Shown here: positions 9,388 through 19,672 of the stretch, piece by piece
How positions within the stretch are numbered: position 1 is the stretch's first letter
Layout: each line of letters begins with the position of its first letter
Assembly: GCA_946186125.1 (NCBI GenBank)
Contig: CAMHLZ010000002.1
Coordinates: 22,930-86,929, forward strand
Direction: 5' to 3'
DNA: 64,000 bases
DNA from: an uncultured Lachnospira sp.
Lineage (GTDB): Bacteria; Bacillota; Clostridia; Lachnospirales; Lachnospiraceae
The notes under the pieces: model-generated
Databases searched by the model: none
Told to the model about the DNA's origin: nothing
What the model saw: the letters and a program-made list of their open reading frames with translations, nothing else
Program-made: the position numbers and the translations under genes

Positions 9388-9960
9388 ATGAAAAAAAGAT
9401 TCTTAACGCTTATGATGATTGCCACATTGTGTACATGTGCCGCATGCGGTTCTTCATCTTCCCAGGCAGATGATTCTTCCTATGTCATCGAAGACGGAAC
9501 TTATTATACAGGAACAGGCTATGAAATCGAGCTCACCGACCGATGGACCCCTACTGAGCTTGACAATACTGACCTGGCCTTTTTGAATAAAGACAGTACA
9601 AACACAGATTTTACCGAATCTCTGAATGTCATGGTTACGGAATATCAGGATAAAGATATCAATTTAGAGCTTCTTAAAAAAAATTCTCTTGAAGACTTTA
9701 AGAAACTGGGATACATAATCGATGAAACAAAAAAAGTAACTATAGGCGGTAATGATTCAATTGCTTTAATATGCCATAAGGAAAACGATGGAGCCTTAAT
9801 ATACTTTAAACAGATATTTACCGTAGTCGATAAAAGCTCTTATGTGTTTACGTTTGGTGCCCAGAAAGATGACTTTGACAAATTAGAGAATGAAATAACA
9901 GCTTCATTTAACACCATAAAATATGGCGATTACAGCAAAGAGACTTCTGAAACTGACTAA
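9388..9960 (+). CDS. Lipoprotein, function unknown
   Basis: Signal peptide with lipobox CAACGSSSS and a GGAGG RBS. I recognise no catalytic motif. Confidence 0.6.
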   Translation: MKKRFLTLMMIATLCTCAACGSSSSQADDSSYVIEDGTYYTGTGYEIELTDRWTPTELDNTDLAFLNKDSTNTDFTESLNVMVTEYQDKDINLELLKKNSLEDFKKLGYIIDETKKVTIGGNDSIALICHKENDGALIYFKQIFTVVDKSSYVFTFGAQKDDFDKLENEITASFNTIKYGDYSKETSETD

Positions 9961-9971
9961 TCTGCCGAAAT

Positions 9972-10006
9972 AAAAAAGAGAGTTCAACCGCGAACTCTCT
10001 TTTTTT
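9972..10006. terminator. Bidirectional terminator
   Basis: AAAAAA-GAGAGTTC-loop-GAACTCTC-TTTTTTT between convergent genes. Confidence 0.8.
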
Positions 10007-10007
10007 G

Positions 10008-10400
10008 TTAATGATCATGATCATGGTCATCATCATCATCGTCATCAACCTGTTCATTGTACATATATTCTCTACTTGACACACGTCTTTTAACACGCTC
10101 TTTTTCAACCATATCTGACAACGTATTCTTAATTAAATCAGACCTCTTAATATTCTTAATATCAAAATCCGGTGTAAGGCTGTCTGCAGAATGAACATGT
10201 ATAGTACCCAGTCCGAATATTCTCTGTCCTAATGTTCTGTTTAAAGACATGTCCATTATTCTGTACAGTCTTACTTCTTCTTCATGTATATTGAGAAATC
10301 CTGTCTTAATAATGAATTTTTCCTCCGTAAGCATATATACAGTAAATGATAACGGAAGTCCGAATATAGTTCTTTTTCTATCTTTCCATACGTAACTCAT
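10008..10400 (-). CDS. Bacterial PH-domain (bPH_2/DUF304-like) protein with poly-Asp/His C-terminal tail
   Basis: 130 aa. The LTEEKFIIKTGFLNIHEEEVRLYRIMDMSLNRTLGQRIFGLGTI pattern is typical of bPH_2. It ends DDDDDDDHDHDH. Confidence 0.6.
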   Translation of the reverse strand: MSYVWKDRKRTIFGLPLSFTVYMLTEEKFIIKTGFLNIHEEEVRLYRIMDMSLNRTLGQRIFGLGTIHVHSADSLTPDFDIKNIKRSDLIKNTLSDMVEKERVKRRVSSREYMYNEQVDDDDDDDHDHDH

Positions 10401-10422
10401 CGCATTCCACCCCGTTTTATAA

Positions 10423-12156
10423 TTAAACCATTTTATTAATCATGTTAATAACTTCTTTACCAAGCTTTTCTGACTTAGCATCTGCATCTTCTAATGATGT
10501 TCCCTTGATACCATAGTAGAATTTAACCTTAGGTTCTGTTCCTGATGGTCTTACGCAGAGCCATGCGCCGTCCTCAAGATCATAATACAATACATTTGAC
10601 TCAGGAAGACCTGTAGGAGTAACATCTCCTGTGGCAGCATCAGTAATAGAACCTGTCTTATAATCTCTTACAGACAATACTTTATAGTCACCAAACTTCT
10701 CAGGTGTATTCGCTCTAAGAGTCTCTAAAATCTTCTGAATCTTCTCAAGGCCTTCAATTCCTTTAAGTGTAATAGACTGTATATCATCTTTGTAGAAACC
10801 GTATTTTTCATACATTGCAACCATTGCATCCCACAAAGTCATATTCTTTGTCTTATAATATGCAGCTGCCTCACATAATGCCATAGTAGCAACAATAGCA
10901 TCTTTATCTCTTGCATGAGTTCCGATAAGACAGCCATAACTTTCCTCAAATCCGAATAAATATGTACCTTTTCCTGAATTCTCAAATCCAAGTATCTGCT
11001 GTCCGATATACTTAAATCCTGTCAATACCTCTATAAGCTTAACATCATAATATTCTGCAATGGCATCAGCCATATTTGTCGTAACAATAGTCTTAATAAG
11101 TGCACCATCTGCCGGTATTCCGCTATGCTCTTTTATCTGATTAATCTCATAATCAGCAAGGAGACATCCTGACATATTTCCTGTAAGTGTAATGTATTTT
11201 CCGGACTTAGTATCCTTCACATACACACCTAGTCTGTCAGCATCAGGATCAGTTGCAAGAACAAGATCAGCATTTTTCTCCTCAGCAAGCTTTAAAGCTA
11301 GTTCGAAAGCTTCTGCTGCCTCAGGATTCGGATAACTTACCGTCGGAAAATCACCATCCGGAAGCTCCTGCTCCGGCACAACGTATACATTCTCAAATCC
11401 AAGTTCCTTTAAAATACGACGCGCAGGAATATTACCCGTACCATGTAATGGTGTATATACAATAGTTATATCCTTCCGGGCTTTCTTGATAGCTTCAGGG
11501 CATTTAACCTGTTTTTTAAGTTCTTCAATATATCTGTCATCTATGGCACTTCCGATTACATTATAAAGTCCGGCTTTTTCAGCTTCGGCCTTATCCATAG
11601 TCTTAACAGTCGCAAAATCAGTAACTGCCTTAACTTCAGACATGATACCGCAATCATGAGGAGGAGTTATCTGGGCACCATCTTCCCAGTATACCTTATA
11701 TCCGTTATATTCCGGTGGATTATGGCTCGCCGTTATATTAATACCGGCTATACAGTTAAGTTCTCTTACAGCAAATGATAACTCTGGTGTCGGTCTTAAA
11801 CTCTCAAATACATATGCTTTAATTCCATTTGCATTAAGACAAAGTGCCGCTTCATCTGCAAATTCCGGTGACATTCTTCTTGAATCAAACGCAATTGCAA
11901 CACCTCTGTCCTGCTTTCCCTGCTTTAATATATAGTTAGCAAGACCCTGTGTAGCCTTCCTGACTGTATATATATTCATCCTGTTAACTCCTGCTCCGAT
12001 TACACCACGAAGACCGGCTGTACCAAACTCCAACTCCTTGTAGAATCTTTCCTTAACCTCATTCTCATCAGACTCAATAGCCTTTAACTCAGCTTTTGTC
12101 GACTCATCAAAGTATGGGTTGCTAAGCCATTCCTCATAAAGTTTCTTGTAATCCAT
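10423..12156 (-). CDS. Phospho-sugar mutase (phosphoglucomutase/phosphomannomutase family)
   Basis: 577 aa. Active-site serine loop TASHNPPEYNGYK, metal loop ATDPDADRLG, sugar loop GFEESYG. Confidence 0.9.
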   Translation of the reverse strand: MDYKKLYEEWLSNPYFDESTKAELKAIESDENEVKERFYKELEFGTAGLRGVIGAGVNRMNIYTVRKATQGLANYILKQGKQDRGVAIAFDSRRMSPEFADEAALCLNANGIKAYVFESLRPTPELSFAVRELNCIAGINITASHNPPEYNGYKVYWEDGAQITPPHDCGIMSEVKAVTDFATVKTMDKAEAEKAGLYNVIGSAIDDRYIEELKKQVKCPEAIKKARKDITIVYTPLHGTGNIPARRILKELGFENVYVVPEQELPDGDFPTVSYPNPEAAEAFELALKLAEEKNADLVLATDPDADRLGVYVKDTKSGKYITLTGNMSGCLLADYEINQIKEHSGIPADGALIKTIVTTNMADAIAEYYDVKLIEVLTGFKYIGQQILGFENSGKGTYLFGFEESYGCLIGTHARDKDAIVATMALCEAAAYYKTKNMTLWDAMVAMYEKYGFYKDDIQSITLKGIEGLEKIQKILETLRANTPEKFGDYKVLSVRDYKTGSITDAATGDVTPTGLPESNVLYYDLEDGAWLCVRPSGTEPKVKFYYGIKGTSLEDADAKSEKLGKEVINMINKMV

Positions 12157-12182
12157 TATAACTGCCTCCTGTATATCATAAT

Positions 12183-13376
12183 TTATTGTAATAAACCACT
12201 GACCATATCTGCCAAATTGACAGTCGTAACTTCAGTGTTGGTTTTCGTTGTAGTTTCAATATTAGTCTCTGTATTTTTTTCTGTCACGGCTTCGCCCGTC
12301 TGATTTTCGGATTCGGTGTCAGCACTCTCCCCGGAAGAACCTTCTGCTTCTTCAAGCTCAATCTCCATTGGAGTGTATACAGAATCAATATTCACTGATT
12401 TGGTAAATGTCTTATACCCGGCTGCCGTAACAACAATCTCATGTTCACCATAAGACACCTCTACCATTTTAGAATAATCTAAAATCTGTTTCTTGTCTAT
12501 ATAAAGATTTGCTTCTTCCGGAAAAATTTCAAAAGCTATGTTACCAAACCTTTGTCCTTCCTGCTGAAATTGCAACAGACTAATCACCTGCTCAGAGTCT
12601 CTTTTCACTTCTATCTCTTTCGAGCCGGTATCCTTACCCTTTGTAACGGTAAGCTTAAATGCCCCTTCCGGAACCAGCAGTTTCATATCCGGTTTTATCT
12701 CTGTAATAACTTTATTGCCAACTTCTATGATTCCTCCCTCATAAAAGTTCGTATCTTTTAATTGCAAATATCCATGCCCATTAGTAACGATGATCGAATC
12801 AATCTTTTTATCCCTGCCCTTTATCTGCAGTTCGTCTATCTGCTCAATATCTTCAAGCTCGCACCTGGCTCCCGAAGAAATGACCACAAGTTCATCATCA
12901 TAGGTATACCTTTCACCCTTATATTCAATATATGCACCCTTGGTCTTTACATTCACGCCACTTACTTCTTTGTGCCACTCATCATCTGAAATACTCATCT
13001 GCAAGAGCTTATTGACTCCGTTTTCATAATTAGCCATCACTACTTCGCCAATCTGAATCTGCGTCATCGAAATCTCCCGGCCAATATCATCACGGATATC
13101 CGTTCCTCCTGAATAACTTAGTTCTATCGTTCTCTTTCCTATAACCTTGAGGGTAATAACCGAACTTTCAGGATCCAGTCCCGTAACCACCGCACGCTCA
13201 CCACAAGCGGCCGTCTCACTCTCAATCTGTCCCGGTGTCGTTACTCCGGGAAGTCTTACAACATCCCTGCCTCCGGAAATCTTTGCAGTAACATCTTTGT
13301 CGCCACACGCTGTCATGACCGATAAAACAAATACAAAACTTACTCCAACAAGCTGCTTAATAAACTTTTGTTTCAT
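12183..13376 (-). CDS. Lipoprotein with C-terminal PEGA-like domain and acidic T/E-rich tail
   Basis: The start at MKQKFIK follows a GGAGG RBS. Lipobox MTACG. PEGA-like segment ANLYIDKKQI...YGEHEIVVTAAGYKTFTKSVNI. Confidence 0.55.
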   Translation of the reverse strand: MKQKFIKQLVGVSFVFVLSVMTACGDKDVTAKISGGRDVVRLPGVTTPGQIESETAACGERAVVTGLDPESSVITLKVIGKRTIELSYSGGTDIRDDIGREISMTQIQIGEVVMANYENGVNKLLQMSISDDEWHKEVSGVNVKTKGAYIEYKGERYTYDDELVVISSGARCELEDIEQIDELQIKGRDKKIDSIIVTNGHGYLQLKDTNFYEGGIIEVGNKVITEIKPDMKLLVPEGAFKLTVTKGKDTGSKEIEVKRDSEQVISLLQFQQEGQRFGNIAFEIFPEEANLYIDKKQILDYSKMVEVSYGEHEIVVTAAGYKTFTKSVNIDSVYTPMEIELEEAEGSSGESADTESENQTGEAVTEKNTETNIETTTKTNTEVTTVNLADMVSGLLQ

Positions 13377-13426
13377 GCAACTGCCTCCAGTCTCTTCATT
13401 AGTCATTCCGCACTATTATATAACAC

Positions 13427-14413
13427 TTATCCTATAAAGTCAAAGGTATCAATAAATGTTTGTTTTTGTTCTTCCTGACTACATATTACATTGAGCTTAT
13501 CAATATTCTTTTCAGAAATCAATGTTTTATTGCCATTATAATATTGATTTACAATTTTCCAGAACTTCTCAGGATACATAAGCATAACCTTTAACAGCCT
13601 TTTTTCCTGTTCAGAAATATATTTCACATTCATATATTCACGAAACATATTTCTGCCAAGCTCCTTTTCCCAATTATATTTTTCCATAACCTTTCTGATA
13701 AAATCGTAAAAATCCGTTAACTGTATGTCTATTACCGCCCTCTCATAATTTACAAGAATGGCATTTTTTTCTGTCATTAAAATATTATGATAATTAAATG
13801 CACCATGACATACCGTCTGATTCAGATAAGCATATTCACGATGTTTCTCATATTCACATTCCTCCAGACATTTTTCCGCCTCAACAGCCTTTAAGTAAAA
13901 CCTGTCAAAACATTTAAGAATTTTTAATTCAAAATCTGTTTTATTATTTTTATTCCTGATATAATTTCTTGCACGTTTCATCTCTGAAGTATGTCTTTTA
14001 TATTCATTAACAAGATTACACGGATATAAATCGAATTTTGTATCTCCCATATCTCCACGCAGAACATTATGTACCTCTGCAATCATTTTACATGCTCTTA
14101 ACACATCCCCTTTATCCCTGATATTACACTCCCTTGAATGATACCATACTTTTAAAATATAATTCTTATCATCACAAGATGTAATGAGCTCTCCGGAATC
14201 ATTTTTCACTATGTAATCTGATTTAATTATTCCCGAATTTCTTATTTTTTCAAGGATGGCATTCTCAATAAGCAAATGTTTTTCACTGCCACGGTATTCC
14301 TTAAACAGCACCGGTCCCCTGACTGTGTTGCAGACAAAACCGCCTCTTGCTCTTTTCATATGTGTTGCAGTCAAACTATATTTTTCCAGCAATTCAACTT
14401 CTTTTTCATTCAT
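13427..14413 (-). CDS. CotS-family spore coat protein / phosphotransferase-fold kinase-like
   Basis: The start at MNEKEVELLEKY follows a GGGAGG RBS. It has the kinase-like catalytic loop CHGAFNYHNIL and the size and layout of the CotS family. Confidence 0.65.
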   Translation of the reverse strand: MNEKEVELLEKYSLTATHMKRARGGFVCNTVRGPVLFKEYRGSEKHLLIENAILEKIRNSGIIKSDYIVKNDSGELITSCDDKNYILKVWYHSRECNIRDKGDVLRACKMIAEVHNVLRGDMGDTKFDLYPCNLVNEYKRHTSEMKRARNYIRNKNNKTDFELKILKCFDRFYLKAVEAEKCLEECEYEKHREYAYLNQTVCHGAFNYHNILMTEKNAILVNYERAVIDIQLTDFYDFIRKVMEKYNWEKELGRNMFREYMNVKYISEQEKRLLKVMLMYPEKFWKIVNQYYNGNKTLISEKNIDKLNVICSQEEQKQTFIDTFDFIG

Positions 14414-14474
14414 TACAATACCTCCCATATCAGACTTTTGACCCTGATATCATATTATGAAAGGTATTTTGTTA

Positions 14475-15797
14475 TTATGTAAAAATAATTTTCTTTAACT
14501 TTTCTTTTGTATTATTTTCAGGATTTCTTAAAACTTCATTAAAAAGCTTCTCAAGACCCGCGCCTACTTCTTCTCCGGGTTTAAGCCCCCACTCTATCAG
14601 ATCCTTTCCATTGACTGCCATGCTTTTAAGTTCAATACAGTCTCCTCTTTTTACTATATTCTCATAAATATCCTGTAACTGTTTTAAATCAACCGTAGTG
14701 TGCTCTTTACTGTAATCACTCTTTCCGGCCAAATCAGCCCACTTCAACTTTATAAGCATTGGAAATATATCACATCCGACTCTTACCACTGCTTTTTTTA
14801 CACCATAATCCGTTAAACTGATTGTATCATCATGGTGTTTTACAAGTCTTGATACGATTTTTACCGTTTTATTGTCAAACTTAAGTGATTTCAATATATC
14901 TCTTGACATATCTTCTCCCAAATCACCGTGTCCGTAAAAATGAGAGTATCCGTCTTTTCCTATAACATGTTTATCCGGTTTTCCAATATCATGCAATAAT
15001 GCAGCCCATCTCAGATAATGATCATTCTCAATATTCTCCATCACCTTAACAGTGTGTACTCCGACATTATACATATGATATATAGAATTTTGCGGAACAT
15101 CCATCATCCTGTCAAACTCCGGCAATATCCATCGAGTAATTCCCAATTCATACGCTGTAAGAACTTTCTCGGGATGATTAGAGCATATCATCTTGTCCAA
15201 TTCAGTCTGTATACGCTCTTTACTGATATTAGTAAGATTCTGCGCTAACATGGTAATACCCCTGCACGTATCTTCATGAATATCAAAATCAAGCTGTGCG
15301 GCAAATCTTACGGCTCTTAAAATACGCAATGCATCCTCTCCAAATCTTTCCTCCGGCTCCCCGACACAACGGATAATTCCATCCTGTAAATCCTTCATTC
15401 CGCCAAACTCATCTACAATTCCCCTTCTATAATTAAATGCCATGGCATTAATGGTAAAATCCCTGCGTTTAAGATCTTCTTTAAGTTTGTCAGTAAAAAT
15501 CACCTGCTTCGGATGACGGTTATCTTTGTATTCTCCATCTATTCTGTACGTCGTAACCTCGAATCCTTCTTTATCAATCATCACAGTAACCGTACCGTGT
15601 TCTATGCCTGTATCAATGGTTCTGCGAAATAATTTTTTCACCTCATCAGGCTTTGCAGATGTAGTAATGTCCCAGTCATTCGGTTCTTTTCCTAATATGA
15701 TATCTCTTACACATCCGCCCACGGCATATGCTTCAAATCCGCTCTTTTCCAATATATCAATGATATGAGCAACCTTTTTCGGCATTACAATATCCAT
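14475..15797 (-). CDS. cca: CCA-adding tRNA nucleotidyltransferase with HD domain
   Basis: I prefer MDIVMPKK as the start (AAGAGGTGA RBS). Motifs GGCVRDIILGKEPNDWDITT, RRDFTINAMA and LLHDIGKP. Confidence 0.9.
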   Translation of the reverse strand: MDIVMPKKVAHIIDILEKSGFEAYAVGGCVRDIILGKEPNDWDITTSAKPDEVKKLFRRTIDTGIEHGTVTVMIDKEGFEVTTYRIDGEYKDNRHPKQVIFTDKLKEDLKRRDFTINAMAFNYRRGIVDEFGGMKDLQDGIIRCVGEPEERFGEDALRILRAVRFAAQLDFDIHEDTCRGITMLAQNLTNISKERIQTELDKMICSNHPEKVLTAYELGITRWILPEFDRMMDVPQNSIYHMYNVGVHTVKVMENIENDHYLRWAALLHDIGKPDKHVIGKDGYSHFYGHGDLGEDMSRDILKSLKFDNKTVKIVSRLVKHHDDTISLTDYGVKKAVVRVGCDIFPMLIKLKWADLAGKSDYSKEHTTVDLKQLQDIYENIVKRGDCIELKSMAVNGKDLIEWGLKPGEEVGAGLEKLFNEVLRNPENNTKEKLKKIIFT

Positions 15798-15829
15798 AAA
15801 AATCACCTCTTTACCTTTATAATATGAAA

Positions 15830-15856
15830 TCGAGTAGGCTGCACTCACCTACTCGA
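15830..15856 (-). terminator. Candidate terminator downstream of proS
   Basis: TCGAGTAGG-9 nt loop-CCTACTCGA, a 9-bp stem. On the minus strand it is followed by TTTCATATTAT. Confidence 0.5.
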
Positions 15857-15919
15857 CTGTATCAATTATAGTAATCCTCAATTTCAGACAATTTGGGCTC
15901 TGCACAAATTGTCGCAATG

Positions 15920-17353
15920 CTAATATGCTTTGCCCCAGTAAACCAGCTTATCTGCAGGCTTTCCGCAACATACACATTTATCTCCTATCGCTTTCGCTCC
16001 AAAAGGCATACATCTTGAAGTAGCAGTTGTGTCCTCTTTAATCTTGTCCTCACATGCTTTATCACCACACCACATTCCTTTTATAAATCCAGGTTTGTTA
16101 GCGACTGCATCTTTGAACTCTTCATATGTGAAAGCCTCTGATGTATGAGAATCTCTGTGTGCTCTTGCTCTCTCTAACATCTCTTTCTGCATCTTTTCTA
16201 ATGTCTCGCCTATCTTTTCCTTAATCTCATCAAGTGATACCATAATCTTTTCTCTTGTATCACGTCTTACGATAACTGCCTGATTTGCCTCTATATCCTT
16301 CGGACCAATCTCAACTCTTAACGGAATACCTTTTACTTCCTGCTCACTGAACTTCCATCCCGGAGATTTGTCAGAATCATCAACTTTAACTCTGAATTCA
16401 GATAATGTGTCAGCGAGCTCATTAACCTTTTCAAGAACGCCCTCCTGCTGCTGTCTGATTGGAATAATCATAACCTGTGTAGGTGCAAGTCTTGGCGGGA
16501 GTACAAGACCGTCAGAATCACCATGTACCATGATAACAGCACCAATAAGTCTCGTAGTCATTCCCCATGATGTCTGATATCCGTACTGCAGCTTATTATC
16601 TTTATCCGTATACTGTATTCCAAATGCTTTTGCAAATCCGTTGCCAAAGTTGTGGCTTGTACCTGACTGCAATGCCTTACCATCATGCATCAAAGCTTCA
16701 ATAGTGTACGTAGATTCAGCTCCTGCAAACTTTTCTTTGTCTGTCTTCTTGCCTCTGATTACAGGCATAGCCAGAAAATCTTCACAAAAATCCGCATACA
16801 GATTCAACATCTGTATAGTTCTCTCTTCTGCTTCCTCAGCAGTGGCATGTATAGTATGTCCTTCCTGCCACAAAAATTCTCTCGATCTCAAGAACGGACG
16901 GGTCTCCTTTTCCCATCTGACAACCGAACACCATTGATTATATAACTTTGGTAAATCTCTGTATGACTGTATAATATCTTTATAAAAATCGCAGAACAAT
17001 GTCTCCGAAGTAGGTCTGACACACATACGCTCCTGTAGAGGCTCCAATCCGCCATGTGTTACCCATGCAACCTCAGGTGCAAATCCTTCTACATGATCTT
17101 TTTCTTTCTGTAAAAGACCTTCCGGAATGAACATTGGCATATATACGTTCTCTACACCGGTTTCTTTAAACCTTTTATCCAGTTCTGCCTGAATATTCTC
17201 CCATAACGCATATCCGTTAGGTCTGATAATCATGCATCCTTTAACACTGGAATAAGATACCAGTTCCGCCTTCTTAACTACATCTGTGTACCACTGTGCA
17301 AAATCTTCATCCATGGAAGTAATTGCCTCAACAAACTTCTTTTCCTTTGCCAT
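15920..17353 (-). CDS. proS: Proline--tRNA ligase, archaeal/eukaryote-like type
   Basis: 477 aa with no INS editing domain. The start [31 protein letters not shown] is typical of this type. The C-terminal Cys-rich domain reads CGDKAC...CVCCGKPA. Confidence 0.9.
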   Translation of the reverse strand: MAKEKKFVEAITSMDEDFAQWYTDVVKKAELVSYSSVKGCMIIRPNGYALWENIQAELDKRFKETGVENVYMPMFIPEGLLQKEKDHVEGFAPEVAWVTHGGLEPLQERMCVRPTSETLFCDFYKDIIQSYRDLPKLYNQWCSVVRWEKETRPFLRSREFLWQEGHTIHATAEEAEERTIQMLNLYADFCEDFLAMPVIRGKKTDKEKFAGAESTYTIEALMHDGKALQSGTSHNFGNGFAKAFGIQYTDKDNKLQYGYQTSWGMTTRLIGAVIMVHGDSDGLVLPPRLAPTQVMIIPIRQQQEGVLEKVNELADTLSEFRVKVDDSDKSPGWKFSEQEVKGIPLRVEIGPKDIEANQAVIVRRDTREKIMVSLDEIKEKIGETLEKMQKEMLERARAHRDSHTSEAFTYEEFKDAVANKPGFIKGMWCGDKACEDKIKEDTTATSRCMPFGAKAIGDKCVCCGKPADKLVYWGKAY

Positions 17354-17418
17354 TTTTATATTCCTTTCAATTCAACTGTTTTTCCACGCTCAATTTTATA
17401 TCAAACAAATGGTTTCTG

Positions 17419-18516
17419 TCAACCACAGGACACTTTATTTCTTCCCGAATTCTTTCCTTCATAAAGAGCTTTGTCCGCAGCCTCTATTACATCTTTCGAC
17501 ATAATATGTTTCTCACTCGAACTTAAGCCAAATGTAACAGTAACACTTACCTCCTGCCCCTTATAATCAATAACATTTTTTTCTATACTGCGTCTTATCT
17601 GCTCAACTATCTTTGCAGCATCATATTCTGTCTTATCCGGAAAAAGAATCATAATCTCTTCACCTCCCCATCGACAGACCGCATCATTCTTCCCTACACC
17701 GCCTGCTATAAGCCCGGCAACCGTCTTAAGTACTACGTCACCGCAGTCATGCCCGTATGTATCATTAAATCTTTTAAAATGATCGATATCACCAATACAT
17801 ATCGAATACTCTCTTCCATAATCTCTCTTTATCTTTACACTTTCATCAATCTTTTCATGCATCGGCCTTCTTAACAAAAGTCCCGTAAGCGGGTCATAAT
17901 TTGCAAGAGCATTAAGTTTTTTGTTCTGCCTTGTCAGACCATTACTGATATTAAACACTTCCGCCATGAACACGGTTGCAGAAAACACAGTAAGAAACAC
18001 CGCAAGTCCCCAGTTAAAACTCTGTAACATCTTCATCTGCCATACCTTAAGAATACCGTCTCTTACAAACGCATCATTCAAAGATATGATAAACAGATTT
18101 GTCACGGCAATAATGATACTTGAAGCATATGAAAAAGCTGAACTGTTTCTCATGGTATATTCCAGGAAAAATGCAACCGGAATCATACTGAGCATGAGAA
18201 CCTGGAATCCGCTTTTCATTCCGAATGTCATTAATGCAATTGATAAATAACTGTATAATACCGTCCACAACGTTGCCATCTTTGCAAAATTCGTCTTCGT
18301 GTGTTCTATAATATCCGCCTTATGGCTGATTAAAGAAAGGCAATATGCTATCTTACCGACACTTATTACAGCAAAAATATACTCAGCCGTTATTAAAAAC
18401 ATAACTGAATATATACAATCAGCCACAAATGCAGTCCACAACACAAAAGAAAAAATATTTGTATTATATATCCATCTGTCAAAATTTCTTTTCATTAACT
18501 TTAATCTAGTTCTCAT
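17419..18516 (-). CDS. Membrane-anchored diguanylate cyclase (GGDEF domain, GGEEI variant)
   Basis: About 6 TM helices, then DPLTGLLLRRPM...GDIDHFKRFNDTYGH..CRWGGEEIMILF. It overlaps the upstream gene by 11 nt. Confidence 0.8.
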   Translation of the reverse strand: MRTRLKLMKRNFDRWIYNTNIFSFVLWTAFVADCIYSVMFLITAEYIFAVISVGKIAYCLSLISHKADIIEHTKTNFAKMATLWTVLYSYLSIALMTFGMKSGFQVLMLSMIPVAFFLEYTMRNSSAFSYASSIIIAVTNLFIISLNDAFVRDGILKVWQMKMLQSFNWGLAVFLTVFSATVFMAEVFNISNGLTRQNKKLNALANYDPLTGLLLRRPMHEKIDESVKIKRDYGREYSICIGDIDHFKRFNDTYGHDCGDVVLKTVAGLIAGGVGKNDAVCRWGGEEIMILFPDKTEYDAAKIVEQIRRSIEKNVIDYKGQEVSVTVTFGLSSSEKHIMSKDVIEAADKALYEGKNSGRNKVSCG

Positions 18517-19549
18517 CGCATCCCTCTTTTCTTGAAGCCATAAGCATTTTTCTGATTTCTTCCGCCGCTATATATGCAAAAGGTCCTGTAAGTACTCCCA
18601 GAAAACCAAAAAGCCTGTAGCCCAGATAAATCGTAAACATCGTCATAAGCGGTGAAATCCCGGCATTTTCCCCCATTATCTTCGGCTCCATAACCTGTCT
18701 TAACCCATAACATATGATAAACACAATAAATGTTATGGCACCTGCCTTTATATTTCCCATAATGATGTAATACAAAAACATCGGGATAGTTACAATACCT
18801 ATTCCCAATAACGGAAATGCATCCAGCACACCCGCAAAAACGGCCGTTACCAGCGGATGGCTTAACCCTGCAAGCAAAAACCCGGCATAACATATAATAA
18901 TCACACAAAACATTATGATAATCTGTGCCTTTATATATGCAATACCCGTAACATATATGACATTTAATACTTTATTAATCTCTCTTCCGAAAACAAGACT
19001 CCTCCTGTTCACGGCAATTTTATCTTTATCACGTATATAATAAAAGGAAGCCACGACAACTATAATAAATGATACTATCCATTCAGCAGATGCACCTGCC
19101 ATGCTCAGGGAATTCTCTGCTAGCATCCCTACTTTTCCTTTATAATCAAACTGGCTGATCCAGTTTTCTAAAAATGCAAATATACATCCGTCTTCGAGGC
19201 CTATCTTTCTCTCAATACCCTCGCACACACCCCTTGTCATAACAAGCGTATCTTCAATAATCCCAATACACATCTGCCAGATATAATGTATATTATCACC
19301 AAACCCAATACATATACCGGCAGCAATTAAAAACACTACCGTTAAAGTACCGGTCATAACAATCGTTACGGCGATATTATCAGGAATCTTCAGATATTTT
19401 ATCAAAAAAACTGCTATGGGCCTTACAGTCCACGCAAGCACATATGCAATGATAAAAGGCATCACGAGACACATTCCATAACGCACCAGCAGATATACCG
19501 TGCCATATGCAATGACACCACAAACAATATTAGCTTTTTTTATCTCCAT
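18506..19549 (-). CDS. AI-2E family transporter / YtvI-like sporulation membrane protein
   Basis: Polytopic membrane protein with an AI-2E-like C-terminal half (EPKIMGENAGISPLMTMFTIYLGYRLFGFLGVLTGP). The start is uncertain: MEIKKANIV at 19549 is preferred over 19657. Confidence 0.6.
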   Translation of the reverse strand: MEIKKANIVCGVIAYGTVYLLVRYGMCLVMPFIIAYVLAWTVRPIAVFLIKYLKIPDNIAVTIVMTGTLTVVFLIAAGICIGFGDNIHYIWQMCIGIIEDTLVMTRGVCEGIERKIGLEDGCIFAFLENWISQFDYKGKVGMLAENSLSMAGASAEWIVSFIIVVVASFYYIRDKDKIAVNRRSLVFGREINKVLNVIYVTGIAYIKAQIIIMFCVIIICYAGFLLAGLSHPLVTAVFAGVLDAFPLLGIGIVTIPMFLYYIIMGNIKAGAITFIVFIICYGLRQVMEPKIMGENAGISPLMTMFTIYLGYRLFGFLGVLTGPFAYIAAEEIRKMLMASRKEGCDEN

Positions 19550-19672
19550 CAAATCACATCCACTATAACTTTTATCAATATTTTCTTCAAAATTTACAAT
19601 AGTTATACGGATATGCCTGTCAATTTTCATAATACCACGTATAATTTCATCCCGCAAGTGATTTTTATGTCA

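Noticed and set aside
18513-18908. 131-aa ORF on the minus strand overlapping the AI-2E/YtvI-like gene in another frame.
   Set aside because: It lies out of frame inside a well-formed membrane-protein gene. The translation is Cys/Gly/Arg-rich and unlike a real protein.
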